From Candidatus Yanofskybacteria bacterium RIFCSPHIGHO2_01_FULL_41_26 (GTDB taxonomy: Bacteria; Patescibacteriota; Minisyncoccia; 2-02-FULL-40-12; GWA2-44-9), in contig MGJB01000018.1 in the NCBI GenBank assembly GCA_001794055.1, positions 1 through 49,304 of the forward strand: a DNA stretch of 49,304 bases. Direction: 5' to 3'. Below the pieces are notes generated by a model, which was given only the letters and a program-made list of their open reading frames with translations, was not told the DNA's origin and made no database searches. Position numbers and translations under genes: made by a program. Numbering within the stretch: position 1 is the stretch's first letter; each line of letters begins with the position of its first letter. Below, piece after piece: positions 27,507 through 35,588 of the stretch.

Positions 27507-27704
27507 ATGAATAACAATCAAAAAACAAGCGACGATGTGTTAGATGATAATGCATCAGTTGAGATAGTTGGTTTAGACAAGCTCGAAAAAGAAGAGCCGG
27601 GGGATTCGACTGTCAACACCTCTGACTATGGGGATGATGTTGACGACACAACCCCAGAAGAAGCCGAAGAAATGCTTGAAAAAGCAAATGAAATAATAAA
27701 ATAA
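27507..27704 (+). CDS. small highly acidic protein (65 aa)
   Basis: ATG ORF directly after tRNA-His; Asp/Glu-rich; no motif. Confidence 0.35.
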   Translation: MNNNQKTSDDVLDDNASVEIVGLDKLEKEEPGDSTVNTSDYGDDVDDTTPEEAEEMLEKANEIIK

Positions 27705-27713
27705 TTTTTTTTA

Positions 27714-29204
27714 TTATTTATTCGCAGAATTAGTATTGGCTAAATACTTTTTGAAAAAAGCATCCGCCACCTTAGCTGAAACAGTAACAATTGACGCCAT
27801 ACTGTGGAAATCAGTATTTGAAGTCCACTCTCTTGGCGGTCTGCCGTTGTTTCTGTATATAAAATTTTTGACGCTATCCACTCTTCCTTCGGGCCGCCCA
27901 TTTTTGTATTTGACAAAATTTGTTAAAGGAATTTTTTTCCCATCAATTAACAACAAGTGGTCTTTTAATAATCTAATTACATTTCTGTGTCCCCACTGAT
28001 AAGCCGCGTACGCAACCCATCTTTGTTCGTCCTCGCTGAATTCTAGCCATCTCTCAACTCCAATATCATCAATTATAAAAATAATTTTTTCCATCAAAAG
28101 GGCTCCTACCGCCTCAATCATGTCCTTTGTTTTTAACATTTTGGCTACAGTTCTCATTCCTGCCTCATTACTGCCAACCCCCTCTTCTATTGGCTGGGTG
28201 TTTTCGGTGCCAAAAACTTCTTTAGAAAAAAAATTTTTCACTATTCCAAACGAATCATACGGCATCATTTTTTCTTTAAAATTAGTTTCCAGAAGACCTC
28301 GACGAATTAAATTATCAACATCAGTCCCCAAACTGTCGGCACCGATACTACCCATGGTATCTATGTACTTATTGTCTTGGAAACCAGGATAATCAATTTC
28401 TCTTGCCATCCCTTCCTGCAGAACCACCGATGCCAAAAATCCGGGACTTAATCGGATGCACTCGCTGCCATATTTTTTATTTATGTTTCCGGCTCGTCTA
28501 TTTAGAATTTGAGAAGTTGTAACGATTCTATCATTGAAACTTTTGTATCGATGATAACCCAGTCGCTTAACCAGCTTAATTCCAAACGACGAACTCTCGC
28601 TTTTCAAAAGATTCGAGTAATCTATTCTTTTTAACAAATCTCTCCATCTCTCCTCATCCAACATATCCGCATTTTTCCTTGCTCTAATTTCTTCTGTATT
28701 TATAAAATCTTCAGCATAAATATGCTTTTTGATTGATCGTGCTAATGCAAAAGTCTCATTATCGTGATATACTCCTCCTATCAAGTCTGACATTTTTTTT
28801 ATTCCTTCTTTTTCGAGTCGTTTCTTAACACTCTCTAGAAGTTTTTTGTAATCTACGGAATCATATTTATGAACTGTTTCCTCTCCACGGCTTTTTGATT
28901 TTGCTAATTCAACGGTTTTTGTTTCTTTCGGTATATCTCCCGATCGGCTTGCTCTATAAACCGGAGCTCCGATTGATACAAAAATCGACAACGCAAGAGC
29001 GTATCTTATCAAAGTGTCTCGACTGCGGCCTATCAAGGAAATCACCTTGATGGTTTGTTCCGGTACTTCCTCTTGCGTCTCTGAAAGATTTTCCTCTATT
29101 TTCTCTAATTTTCCTGCATCTTCAGTCAGCTGTTCTTTGGTAAATAAAGCTGCATCGGTAACTTCTTTAGAAATTTCTGGTTTAGATTTAGGCGTTTTTT
29201 CCAT
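27714..29204 (-). CDS. hypothetical membrane-anchored protein (496 aa)
   Basis: Acidic N-terminus, one TM segment (ALALSIFVSIGAPVY), and a large C-terminal domain. No motif recognised with confidence. Confidence 0.65.
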   Translation of the reverse strand: MEKTPKSKPEISKEVTDAALFTKEQLTEDAGKLEKIEENLSETQEEVPEQTIKVISLIGRSRDTLIRYALALSIFVSIGAPVYRASRSGDIPKETKTVELAKSKSRGEETVHKYDSVDYKKLLESVKKRLEKEGIKKMSDLIGGVYHDNETFALARSIKKHIYAEDFINTEEIRARKNADMLDEERWRDLLKRIDYSNLLKSESSSFGIKLVKRLGYHRYKSFNDRIVTTSQILNRRAGNINKKYGSECIRLSPGFLASVVLQEGMAREIDYPGFQDNKYIDTMGSIGADSLGTDVDNLIRRGLLETNFKEKMMPYDSFGIVKNFFSKEVFGTENTQPIEEGVGSNEAGMRTVAKMLKTKDMIEAVGALLMEKIIFIIDDIGVERWLEFSEDEQRWVAYAAYQWGHRNVIRLLKDHLLLIDGKKIPLTNFVKYKNGRPEGRVDSVKNFIYRNNGRPPREWTSNTDFHSMASIVTVSAKVADAFFKKYLANTNSANK

Positions 29205-29346
29205 TTCTATTTAAATATTTGTTGATTATAACAAGGGCTTTTTCAAGTCCCTCGCGTTCTTTATTGCCCAAGCCGCTTTCTAATAAATTTAAAATCTCTT
29301 CGCGAAGATTTTTCAATTCCTCTAAGTTTTTGTTTTTATCTTCCAT
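29188..29346 (-). CDS. small coiled-coil protein (52 aa), tentative
   Basis: ATG at 29346 (MEDKNKNLEELKNLREEI...). The track ORF start at 29391 overlaps tRNA-Pro and was rejected. No obvious RBS. Confidence 0.3.
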   Translation of the reverse strand: MEDKNKNLEELKNLREEILNLLESGLGNKEREGLEKALVIINKYLNRNGKNA

Positions 29347-29351
29347 TTTTG

Positions 29352-29422
29352 TCGGGATGCCGAGATTCGAACTCGGACTAAAACGTCCCAAACGTCTCGT
29401 GCTACCGTTACACTACATCCCG
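29352..29422 (-). tRNA. tRNA-Pro (UGG)
   Basis: Minus strand: CGGGAUG acceptor, anticodon arm AGACG-UUUGGGA-CGUUU, T arm CCGAG-UUCGAAU-CUCGG. CCA is not encoded. Confidence 0.85.
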
Positions 29423-29490
29423 AATTTACCCTATCCTACCACTTACCATATATTTTAGCACGAGATAGGGTGAAAAGCGTACTGTGTACA

Positions 29491-29519
29491 GAAAATATAA
29501 AAGCCGAGTTTCCTCGGCC
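29491..29519 (-). terminator. rho-independent terminator of the Ubl cassette
   Basis: On the minus strand: gccgag-gaaa-ctcggc followed by ttttatatttt; 36 nt after the Ubl stop codon. Confidence 0.65.
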
Positions 29520-29554
29520 TGTATGAGATTATGCCTTCTGACTAAAGTAAGGAA

Positions 29555-29824
29555 CTAACCTTTTTGGCCTGCTGGCTTTTTGAATTCCAGCTCTTCGTTG
29601 CCATCAAGGAATACGCCCTCATCTGCAAGTTGCTTGCCATTGACCAAGATCACAGTGTGGTCATCACCGATATTCATGACTTCGCGAAGGTTGTTGCGAA
29701 CCTCACGCACGGTATATCCAAGCATACCTTCAAGTTCTTGGGTATTCGCACCACAGACAACACGTAGTCTGTCGGTTTTGGTAGTAGTCGCAGTCGGCGC
29801 AACAGAAGTTGCAAGCTTAAGCAT
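29555..29824 (-). CDS. ubiquitin-like beta-grasp protein (ThiS/MoaD/Prok_Ub-like), C-terminal Gly
   Basis: 89 aa. VILVNGKQLADEGVFLDGNEELEFKKPAGQKG-stop resembles the ThiS/MoaD C-terminal half. The last residue is Gly. Last gene of an operon with E1-like and JAB genes. Confidence 0.65.
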   Translation of the reverse strand: MLKLATSVAPTATTTKTDRLRVVCGANTQELEGMLGYTVREVRNNLREVMNIGDDHTVILVNGKQLADEGVFLDGNEELEFKKPAGQKG

Positions 29825-29885
29825 TTTAGGTCTCTTTTCCTTGTTTACGGATCTTTCGATAGTATATTACACTACAATACCAGTG

Positions 29886-30581
29886 TCAAGGGCTAGTCAA
29901 TTTTTGCCTAACTGGGCGTACATTACCAGTTTGAAGATCAAAATATACTTCGTAATAAGGACCAAAACCATTAAGCCACAGAACAAAGGCATTCAGCATT
30001 AAAGTTGCTACCGTTAAGTTAACAACTAGAAGTTGAGGCTCCCCAGCTTTAGCAAGTTCTTCACATGATAATTCTGCTGGATTACGATCAATTGGACTCT
30101 CGATTTCTGGATGCTGAAATGTGAGTGAGGGTGTAATGTCTTTGCCCCCACGCCTCTCATATACTTGAACATTGCCATCGTACAGCTCGTTGCCCCCAGA
30201 AATAAGCAGAGCATTATCCAAAGAGGCAACGTGGCCTGATACTAGATTTCTAGTCGCATGGTTATCACAGCCAAGAAAGATTACGTCACCTTCTCGAATT
30301 AATGCCAAAATATTATTTGAATTTACAAAGACTGGTTTAGATTCAATATTTAACTCTGTAAACATCAGCTCAAGCCATTCTTTTGTAGTCTCTGCTTTAT
30401 TTGCTAAAGCAGAAAATTTTTGACGCTCACGATTGCGCTCTTTATAGGCCTTACCATCTATCAATATGACTCGCTTGGGAATTTTTTCATTATCTGAGTC
30501 AGAGTAGGCTAAAATTCTACAGAGAGGTTCAACAAGATTACTACCTATACCTCCTAAACCCACTATTGCAACTCTCTTCAT
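29886..30581 (-). CDS. minimal ThiF/MoeB/E1-like adenylyltransferase (231 aa)
   Basis: IVGLGGIGS (Rossmann P-loop), ILIDGKAYKERNRERQ (E1 D...N..RQ motif), FLGCDNHATR (DN...R motif). Confidence 0.8.
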   Translation of the reverse strand: MKRVAIVGLGGIGSNLVEPLCRILAYSDSDNEKIPKRVILIDGKAYKERNRERQKFSALANKAETTKEWLELMFTELNIESKPVFVNSNNILALIREGDVIFLGCDNHATRNLVSGHVASLDNALLISGGNELYDGNVQVYERRGGKDITPSLTFQHPEIESPIDRNPAELSCEELAKAGEPQLLVVNLTVATLMLNAFVLWLNGFGPYYEVYFDLQTGNVRPVRQKLTSP

Positions 30582-31322
30582 TTACTCTTCTTCCCTTTGT
30601 TTCATTAACCTAACGCTATTTCGCCATTCTTCAGGCGGTTCATACTTTTCTGGCAAAAGTTTTTCTTCACCAGCTAGTACATATTCTTCTTGTTTATACT
30701 TAGGGTAAGAGTAGTAAACAGCTATGGGCTGTTTTACAACGCCTTCTATCAATTTACCTGGATCAAGAGTAAACCTAGTTCCATTTATGCATGCCTGTAA
30801 GCTTAGGTTGAAGGAATTACGATAGAAATAAAATCCACCAAATGTTCCGTGTATTCCGTCAAAGTTTATCTCATCGTGATGATCAATTGATGAATGAAAT
30901 GCCAACATCCTGCCATGTGAATGCAGAGTTCCTATGAGACGATGGTTTTCTTTTTGAGGTATATCATATTCGATTCTTCCATAAGCCACTGCCTGAGGCG
31001 GGACAGTAATATTGTAACCTCCTACATCAGATCCACTCCACCACAAAAGTGCTAGGGCTTCAGTGTTTTGCCTGTGAGTAATCCAAGCAAAGAATTGTGC
31101 AACTGTTTTTAATATTTCTTTAGGTATTGGGGGCAACAGGAATTCAAACTTAGGCTCTTGTTCTTCTAGTATGCTAATTCGTTCCACGGGAACGATAGCT
31201 TTCCAAAACGGCGTCTCTTTGTGAAGAAACACTCCATTAGCACTAATTTCATACAAGGTTGGCGTATCTGGTTTAGGCGTATTCTTATCGTGAATCCATA
31301 CTGGGTACATAGGCATAATCAT
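30582..31322 (-). CDS. JAB/MPN (JAMM) metalloprotease
   Basis: Glu88 (NTEALALLWW), then GTLHSHGRMLAFHSSIDHHDE, which is H-x-H-x7-S-x2-D (H134 codon at 30921-30923). The stop abuts the E1 start and the start overlaps the upstream stop (ATGA). Confidence 0.8.
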   Translation of the reverse strand: MIMPMYPVWIHDKNTPKPDTPTLYEISANGVFLHKETPFWKAIVPVERISILEEQEPKFEFLLPPIPKEILKTVAQFFAWITHRQNTEALALLWWSGSDVGGYNITVPPQAVAYGRIEYDIPQKENHRLIGTLHSHGRMLAFHSSIDHHDEINFDGIHGTFGGFYFYRNSFNLSLQACINGTRFTLDPGKLIEGVVKQPIAVYYSYPKYKQEEYVLAGEEKLLPEKYEPPEEWRNSVRLMKQREEE

Positions 31323-32665
31323 TCTCCTTTCTGCTGTAATTCTTCTACGAAGTGCTCACCAAAATCTTTACCCATCTTTTTGGAACGCCTTCTGAGAGAA
31401 GTAGTCAGTTTAACTACAAGATTGGTTATTTGCACTGAAAGAAAATCTTTGGCACCTTGAACCATGTTTTGAGGAACACTGAAATGTGCTCCCAAAAAAA
31501 GAATTTTTTCCTCAAGTTGTTCACGAAATTGTGATGCAAGTAGTTTTAGCTGACCATCTCTTTTTTGAGCCAAACTTTCTTGAGATTTTTCATATTTCTG
31601 GGCTATATAATCTAGGACCGCTTTTACCATTTGTCCCAGGTTATAATCACATTGTATCCAAGGTAATTTACAGACAGCCAGTAAAGAGTCCTCGCGCATT
31701 GAGAATTTTTCCCATTCTTCGATATTACTTACTTCTGGGATTGTACTTGCTGCTTGGCGCCACAATTCGGTTGACCACGGTTGGCCATCGTAAAAACCGC
31801 TTCCCCAGAACCAATCCAATAATGTTAGATTCCAGTTAGGGTCAGATAATTTTATTGGAGGTCGGCCAGAACCTAAACAAGTTCCGAAGGGTAACTGATA
31901 GTTTACTTCTGGCAGATTGCAAAAGTACAAAGCCTCGTTTTGACTTTGAAGTTTTTTTGATCCATAAAAAACACCTAAACCACAGTGACCATGGTCATTG
32001 TCACCGCTAGGAACGTCTTCATATAATTCGCCGTTCACGAAATAAACGATAAAGCGTACCCAAGGAAATACAAGCCTTCTCTTCACCCCACACATATCTA
32101 TGGTTCTTCGTTGAGGAGGAACATCCAAACAGAAAGCCGTATAAGTGTATTTAGGGGTTATAAGTTGCCAACGGAAACGAGTATTAACTGGGAATGGCCC
32201 ATCCGTTTGAAAGACACGCTCTTGTCTCCTATCTTGTTCATAGGCCCTACCTATTTCTTCAAACTTGTCATTAGCAAAGGATGAGAACATCTTTTCGCCC
32301 TGTGTCCCAAGTGCATCAAGTAATTCCTTTCGGAATTTTTTCTCACCCGCATTTATGCATGTATCAACCAGTGGGCTTATTAAGTCTGCGAGCTTATCTA
32401 TTTCCGGTTTGGCAATAGTTGTATTCCAACTATCCAGCATTTCAATAGTTGCTCTTTGGACTGATTCTGCAACAGATTCAGCAAGACTAGACTGGTCTCG
32501 AATAAATTCTAGTTTTTTAGGTTTGTACAGTCCTAAAAATTTAGATCCATTTTGAAATAATAGTCTCCAGACAGAGCCATCAGTATCTAGGAAAACTTTA
32601 CCTATAGAATCTGAAATACTTCTAGTATTAAGCGATTGACCGCTAAGCTCTTCTTGGTTAGTCAT
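31319..32665 (-). CDS. uncharacterised 448-aa protein, candidate E2/UBC-like component
   Basis: First gene of the cassette. The central beta-rich stretch is followed by NLPEVNYQLPFGTCLGSG (Cys263 codon at 31877-31879), reminiscent of the E2 HPN...G.[IV]CL flap. Helical N- and C-terminal regions. Assigned by eye only. Confidence 0.4.
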   Translation of the reverse strand: MTNQEELSGQSLNTRSISDSIGKVFLDTDGSVWRLLFQNGSKFLGLYKPKKLEFIRDQSSLAESVAESVQRATIEMLDSWNTTIAKPEIDKLADLISPLVDTCINAGEKKFRKELLDALGTQGEKMFSSFANDKFEEIGRAYEQDRRQERVFQTDGPFPVNTRFRWQLITPKYTYTAFCLDVPPQRRTIDMCGVKRRLVFPWVRFIVYFVNGELYEDVPSGDNDHGHCGLGVFYGSKKLQSQNEALYFCNLPEVNYQLPFGTCLGSGRPPIKLSDPNWNLTLLDWFWGSGFYDGQPWSTELWRQAASTIPEVSNIEEWEKFSMREDSLLAVCKLPWIQCDYNLGQMVKAVLDYIAQKYEKSQESLAQKRDGQLKLLASQFREQLEEKILFLGAHFSVPQNMVQGAKDFLSVQITNLVVKLTTSLRRRSKKMGKDFGEHFVEELQQKGE

Positions 32666-32710
32666 TTAACGACTCTTCCTTCATCGAATTTATAAATGAA
32701 CTTGGCCAAT

Positions 32711-32747
32711 ATTCTACACCAAAGTTATACAAGAGTCAATATTGACT
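32711..32747 (-). promoter_or_regulatory. sigma70-like promoter of the cassette, overlapped by a 14-bp perfect palindrome
   Basis: Minus strand: TTGACT (32734-32739), 17-nt spacer, TAGAAT (32711-32716). The palindrome AGTCAATATTGACT (32734-32747) covers the -35. RBS GGAAGAG lies 7 nt before the ATG. Confidence 0.5.
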
Positions 32748-32761
32748 TTCGGATGGGCCGC

Positions 32762-32836
32762 TTTCCTATCTGGTCCCCTCGGAGGGAATCGAACCCCCAT
32801 CAAGACCTTAGAAGAGTCCTGCTTTATCCATTAAGC
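32762..32836 (-). tRNA. tRNA-Arg (UCU), CCA encoded
   Basis: Minus strand: acceptor CCCCUCG/CGAGGGG, D arm GCUU-AAUGGAUA-AAGC, anticodon loop CUUCUAA, T arm GGGGG-UUCGAUU-CCCUC, then ACCA. Confidence 0.85.
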
Positions 32837-32969
32837 TACGAGGGGATATTCATCTGCCACTTGTCAATTTTACTCTAAAACAAACTTTTTGAAAAGGAAG
32901 TTTACACCTGATTCGCATTGTGATACATATTGACACAAAAGCTCGTTTAAAATTCAAAAGGACAGGCCC

Positions 32970-35273
32970 ATGAATTTGTTCTGGAGGAAGTCAAGAGAAT
33001 TATTTGACTTGATCCCAAAACAGCTTAAAACAGATTACTGGATTTTTACCATTAAACGCCGGCCATGGTTGAAGAAATTATTTGCGGTCCTTTTTTTGCT
33101 CTTTTTGTTCATGGGAGCAACGGTAGTTTCGGGATATTGGTATGTGTATTACTTCAAAGGCTGTTTTTTTAATTTAGGTTGTTTGAATGATGATCAAGGC
33201 CAACCGCTTGATATAGAAAAAATCGCCCAGTTTAAATTTAAAAAGGCCTCCTACGTTTATGCTAATAACAAAAAGGAAATCGGAAAATATTTTGACGAAA
33301 TAAGAGACCGCGCTCGGTTAAATGAAGTTCCCCAACTTCTTCAAGATGCTTTTATAGCCGCCGAAGATAAAAGATTTTATCAGCACTCGGGGATTGATGT
33401 GTATGCCATTGCTTCTGCCCTTATCGGCAACACTACGCATGAATTCGGTTTTAAATTTTGGACGAGATCAGGTGGGGCAAGCACCATAACCCAGCAATTA
33501 TCAAGACTCGCTTTTGCCGATGAAGTACCTGATTTCAAAACCAGAGCCCGTACCTACAATCGGAAATTAAAGGAAGCAAGACTAGCAATTCGGATAGAAA
33601 AACGTTATTCAAAAAAGGAAATTCTCGAAACTTATCTGAACTTAATCTGGCTTGGCCACGGGGCCAACGGCGTTGTTCCCGGAGCTAAGCGCTATTGGGG
33701 CAAAAATATCCGCAAAGAACGGCTTTCCATCAAAGAGGCCGCCATGCTTGCGAGTATTAATAAAAATCCCGCTCTTTATGACCCGATTTTTCACAAACCG
33801 CCCGAACCAAAAATAGAGGAAGGGACTTCTCCCGAAGCAATCGCAAAGTTGCAGGAAGAATATGAAGCAGCAAAAATAAAAGAAGTCATTCGATTGGCAA
33901 CCGCTAAAGACCGATATAATTTTGTCCTTAAGCAAATGAAATACCGCGGATCCATATCCCAAAAGGAATACGAGGAAAATTTATTTCAAAAAGATAAAAA
34001 TCCCGATACGGAAGCATTGGCCAAGCTAGAGTCTTGGAAAAACCCCGAATATGGTTATGGCAATCGAATGGTGAAAGAAATGCTTTTGACATCAGGACAC
34101 AATGAAGATGAGATATCCCAAAACGGCGGATTGAGGATTTATACAACTTTTGTCCCATCAATCCAAAAAATTACCTCGGAAGAATTTGAGAAACATCTGG
34201 CGCTGCTGAACGAAGGCAAAGAACAAAAAGACCGGCTAAATGGCGCCTTTATTGTAATAGAAGTAAAAACCGGAAATATTCTGGCTTTAAGCGGTGGAAA
34301 TAATTTTGATGAAAGCCAATATAACCGTGCAATGGCATCACGTTCACCGGGTTCGGGTTTCAAACCCTTTACCTATGCTGCGGCAATGGAATACTCCCAT
34401 AAGGATTTTTTTGACAAGATATGCAACTGCTCTTTCAGCATGAGGGGCAGCGGTCCTGGTAAAATCTGGACGCCAAAGAATTTTCAAGAAGAAAACCCTG
34501 TGCCGATCGGCTACATTCCTTTCTCAACCGGACTCATTCGGTCGGTGAATCTTGCCACCCTCAACGAAGCCCGTTCATTAGGCATGGGACCAATTCTAAA
34601 ATTGGCCAACTCAATGGGTGTCTGGGGAAACCCGGGCATAGTCAGAGATTCCGACGGAAAAATTTGGTTTAAAAAGCCCCACTATGAGATAAGGGGCGGA
34701 CTTGTTCCCCTTTTGCCGACAGCTATCGGGGCTTCGGATGTGAATCTTATCGAACTGGCAAATGCTTATACCGTTTTCTTCCGGGGCGGAAACTATATCA
34801 AACCGACACTCATCCGAGAAATTAAAAACACTTACGGCGATGATCTTCTGTATAAAGCTGATACTCCGAATGAAAAACGGGTCCTTTCTAAGAAAACCGC
34901 CAATAAAATGCTTGCCTTAATGCGAGCTGTCACAAAAATTGGTACTGCCAAAATATCAATGCGCGGCATTGAACAGCAAGTTGCATGCAAAACAGGCACT
35001 TCCGATGGTCCTAGGGATGTTTCGATGTGGTGTGGAACTCCGGAATTTGTTATTGCCGTCCGGTTCGGGATGGATGACTATAGAATAATTGAATTGCCCG
35101 CATACATGAAAAAAATGACCGGCCGATCTGACATGCAGGTATCAGGCGGTTGGGCTGCAGGACGATTTATCAGAAATGTTATTGTCCGATACTATAAAGA
35201 CAGACAGAAAGTGAAATTTTCCCCTTCAGTAGAATCTGAATTAAAGCGACTCTTGGATTCAAATCCCCAATAG
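32970..35273 (+). CDS. mrcA: class A penicillin-binding protein (bifunctional transglycosylase/transpeptidase)
   Basis: GT51 motifs EDKRFYQHSGID, GASTITQQL, RKLKEA. Transpeptidase motifs SGFK (SxxK), SVN, KTGTS. N-terminal TM segment. Confidence 0.9.
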   Translation: MNLFWRKSRELFDLIPKQLKTDYWIFTIKRRPWLKKLFAVLFLLFLFMGATVVSGYWYVYYFKGCFFNLGCLNDDQGQPLDIEKIAQFKFKKASYVYANNKKEIGKYFDEIRDRARLNEVPQLLQDAFIAAEDKRFYQHSGIDVYAIASALIGNTTHEFGFKFWTRSGGASTITQQLSRLAFADEVPDFKTRARTYNRKLKEARLAIRIEKRYSKKEILETYLNLIWLGHGANGVVPGAKRYWGKNIRKERLSIKEAAMLASINKNPALYDPIFHKPPEPKIEEGTSPEAIAKLQEEYEAAKIKEVIRLATAKDRYNFVLKQMKYRGSISQKEYEENLFQKDKNPDTEALAKLESWKNPEYGYGNRMVKEMLLTSGHNEDEISQNGGLRIYTTFVPSIQKITSEEFEKHLALLNEGKEQKDRLNGAFIVIEVKTGNILALSGGNNFDESQYNRAMASRSPGSGFKPFTYAAAMEYSHKDFFDKICNCSFSMRGSGPGKIWTPKNFQEENPVPIGYIPFSTGLIRSVNLATLNEARSLGMGPILKLANSMGVWGNPGIVRDSDGKIWFKKPHYEIRGGLVPLLPTAIGASDVNLIELANAYTVFFRGGNYIKPTLIREIKNTYGDDLLYKADTPNEKRVLSKKTANKMLALMRAVTKIGTAKISMRGIEQQVACKTGTSDGPRDVSMWCGTPEFVIAVRFGMDDYRIIELPAYMKKMTGRSDMQVSGGWAAGRFIRNVIVRYYKDRQKVKFSPSVESELKRLLDSNPQ

Positions 35274-35291
35274 GGGATTTTAGTTTTATCT

Positions 35292-35365
35292 TGGAGCGGG
35301 TAACGAGATTCGAACTCGTGTCTACTCCTTGGAAGGGAGTCGTACTACCACTGTACTATACCCGC
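35292..35365 (-). tRNA. tRNA-Gly (UCC), CCA encoded
   Basis: Minus strand: GCGGGUA acceptor, anticodon arm ACUCC-CUUCCAA-GGAGU, T arm CACGAG-UUCGAAU-CUCG, ending ...UACCCGCUCCA. Confidence 0.85.
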
Positions 35366-35588
35366 GAATTAGGCTGATTGGAAACTTATTTACAATTCAA
35401 CCGAATGAAGCGGGTATATGAGCTTAGCGATTATACCCGCGAATGGTAATATTTTATTTTAGCTTATCATCAAAACCTCTTTTTTTCAACCTAAAACAGA
35501 TTGCTATTGACTCAGTTTAAAAATTGCCTTATTATTGTTTATAGTTCCAAACAGCCGGTATCCGAATCCTTCAGAAAGGAAAGGGCAA

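Noticed and set aside
29580-30002. Antisense or alternative-frame ORFs within strong genes (for example 29580..30002, 12855..13301, 26083..26523, 25688..26062, 24537..24866, 15342..15731, 36230..36523, 33642..34363)
   Set aside because: Each overlaps a gene with clear family motifs on the other strand or frame. Their translations are low-complexity or lack motifs.
29352-32836. A genomic-island call for the Ubl cassette based on GC shift or mobility genes
   Set aside because: Spot GC counts inside the cassette (23-48% per 60 nt) overlap the backbone, and no integrase, transposase or att-like direct repeat was found. Only the tRNA-flanked position is reported.
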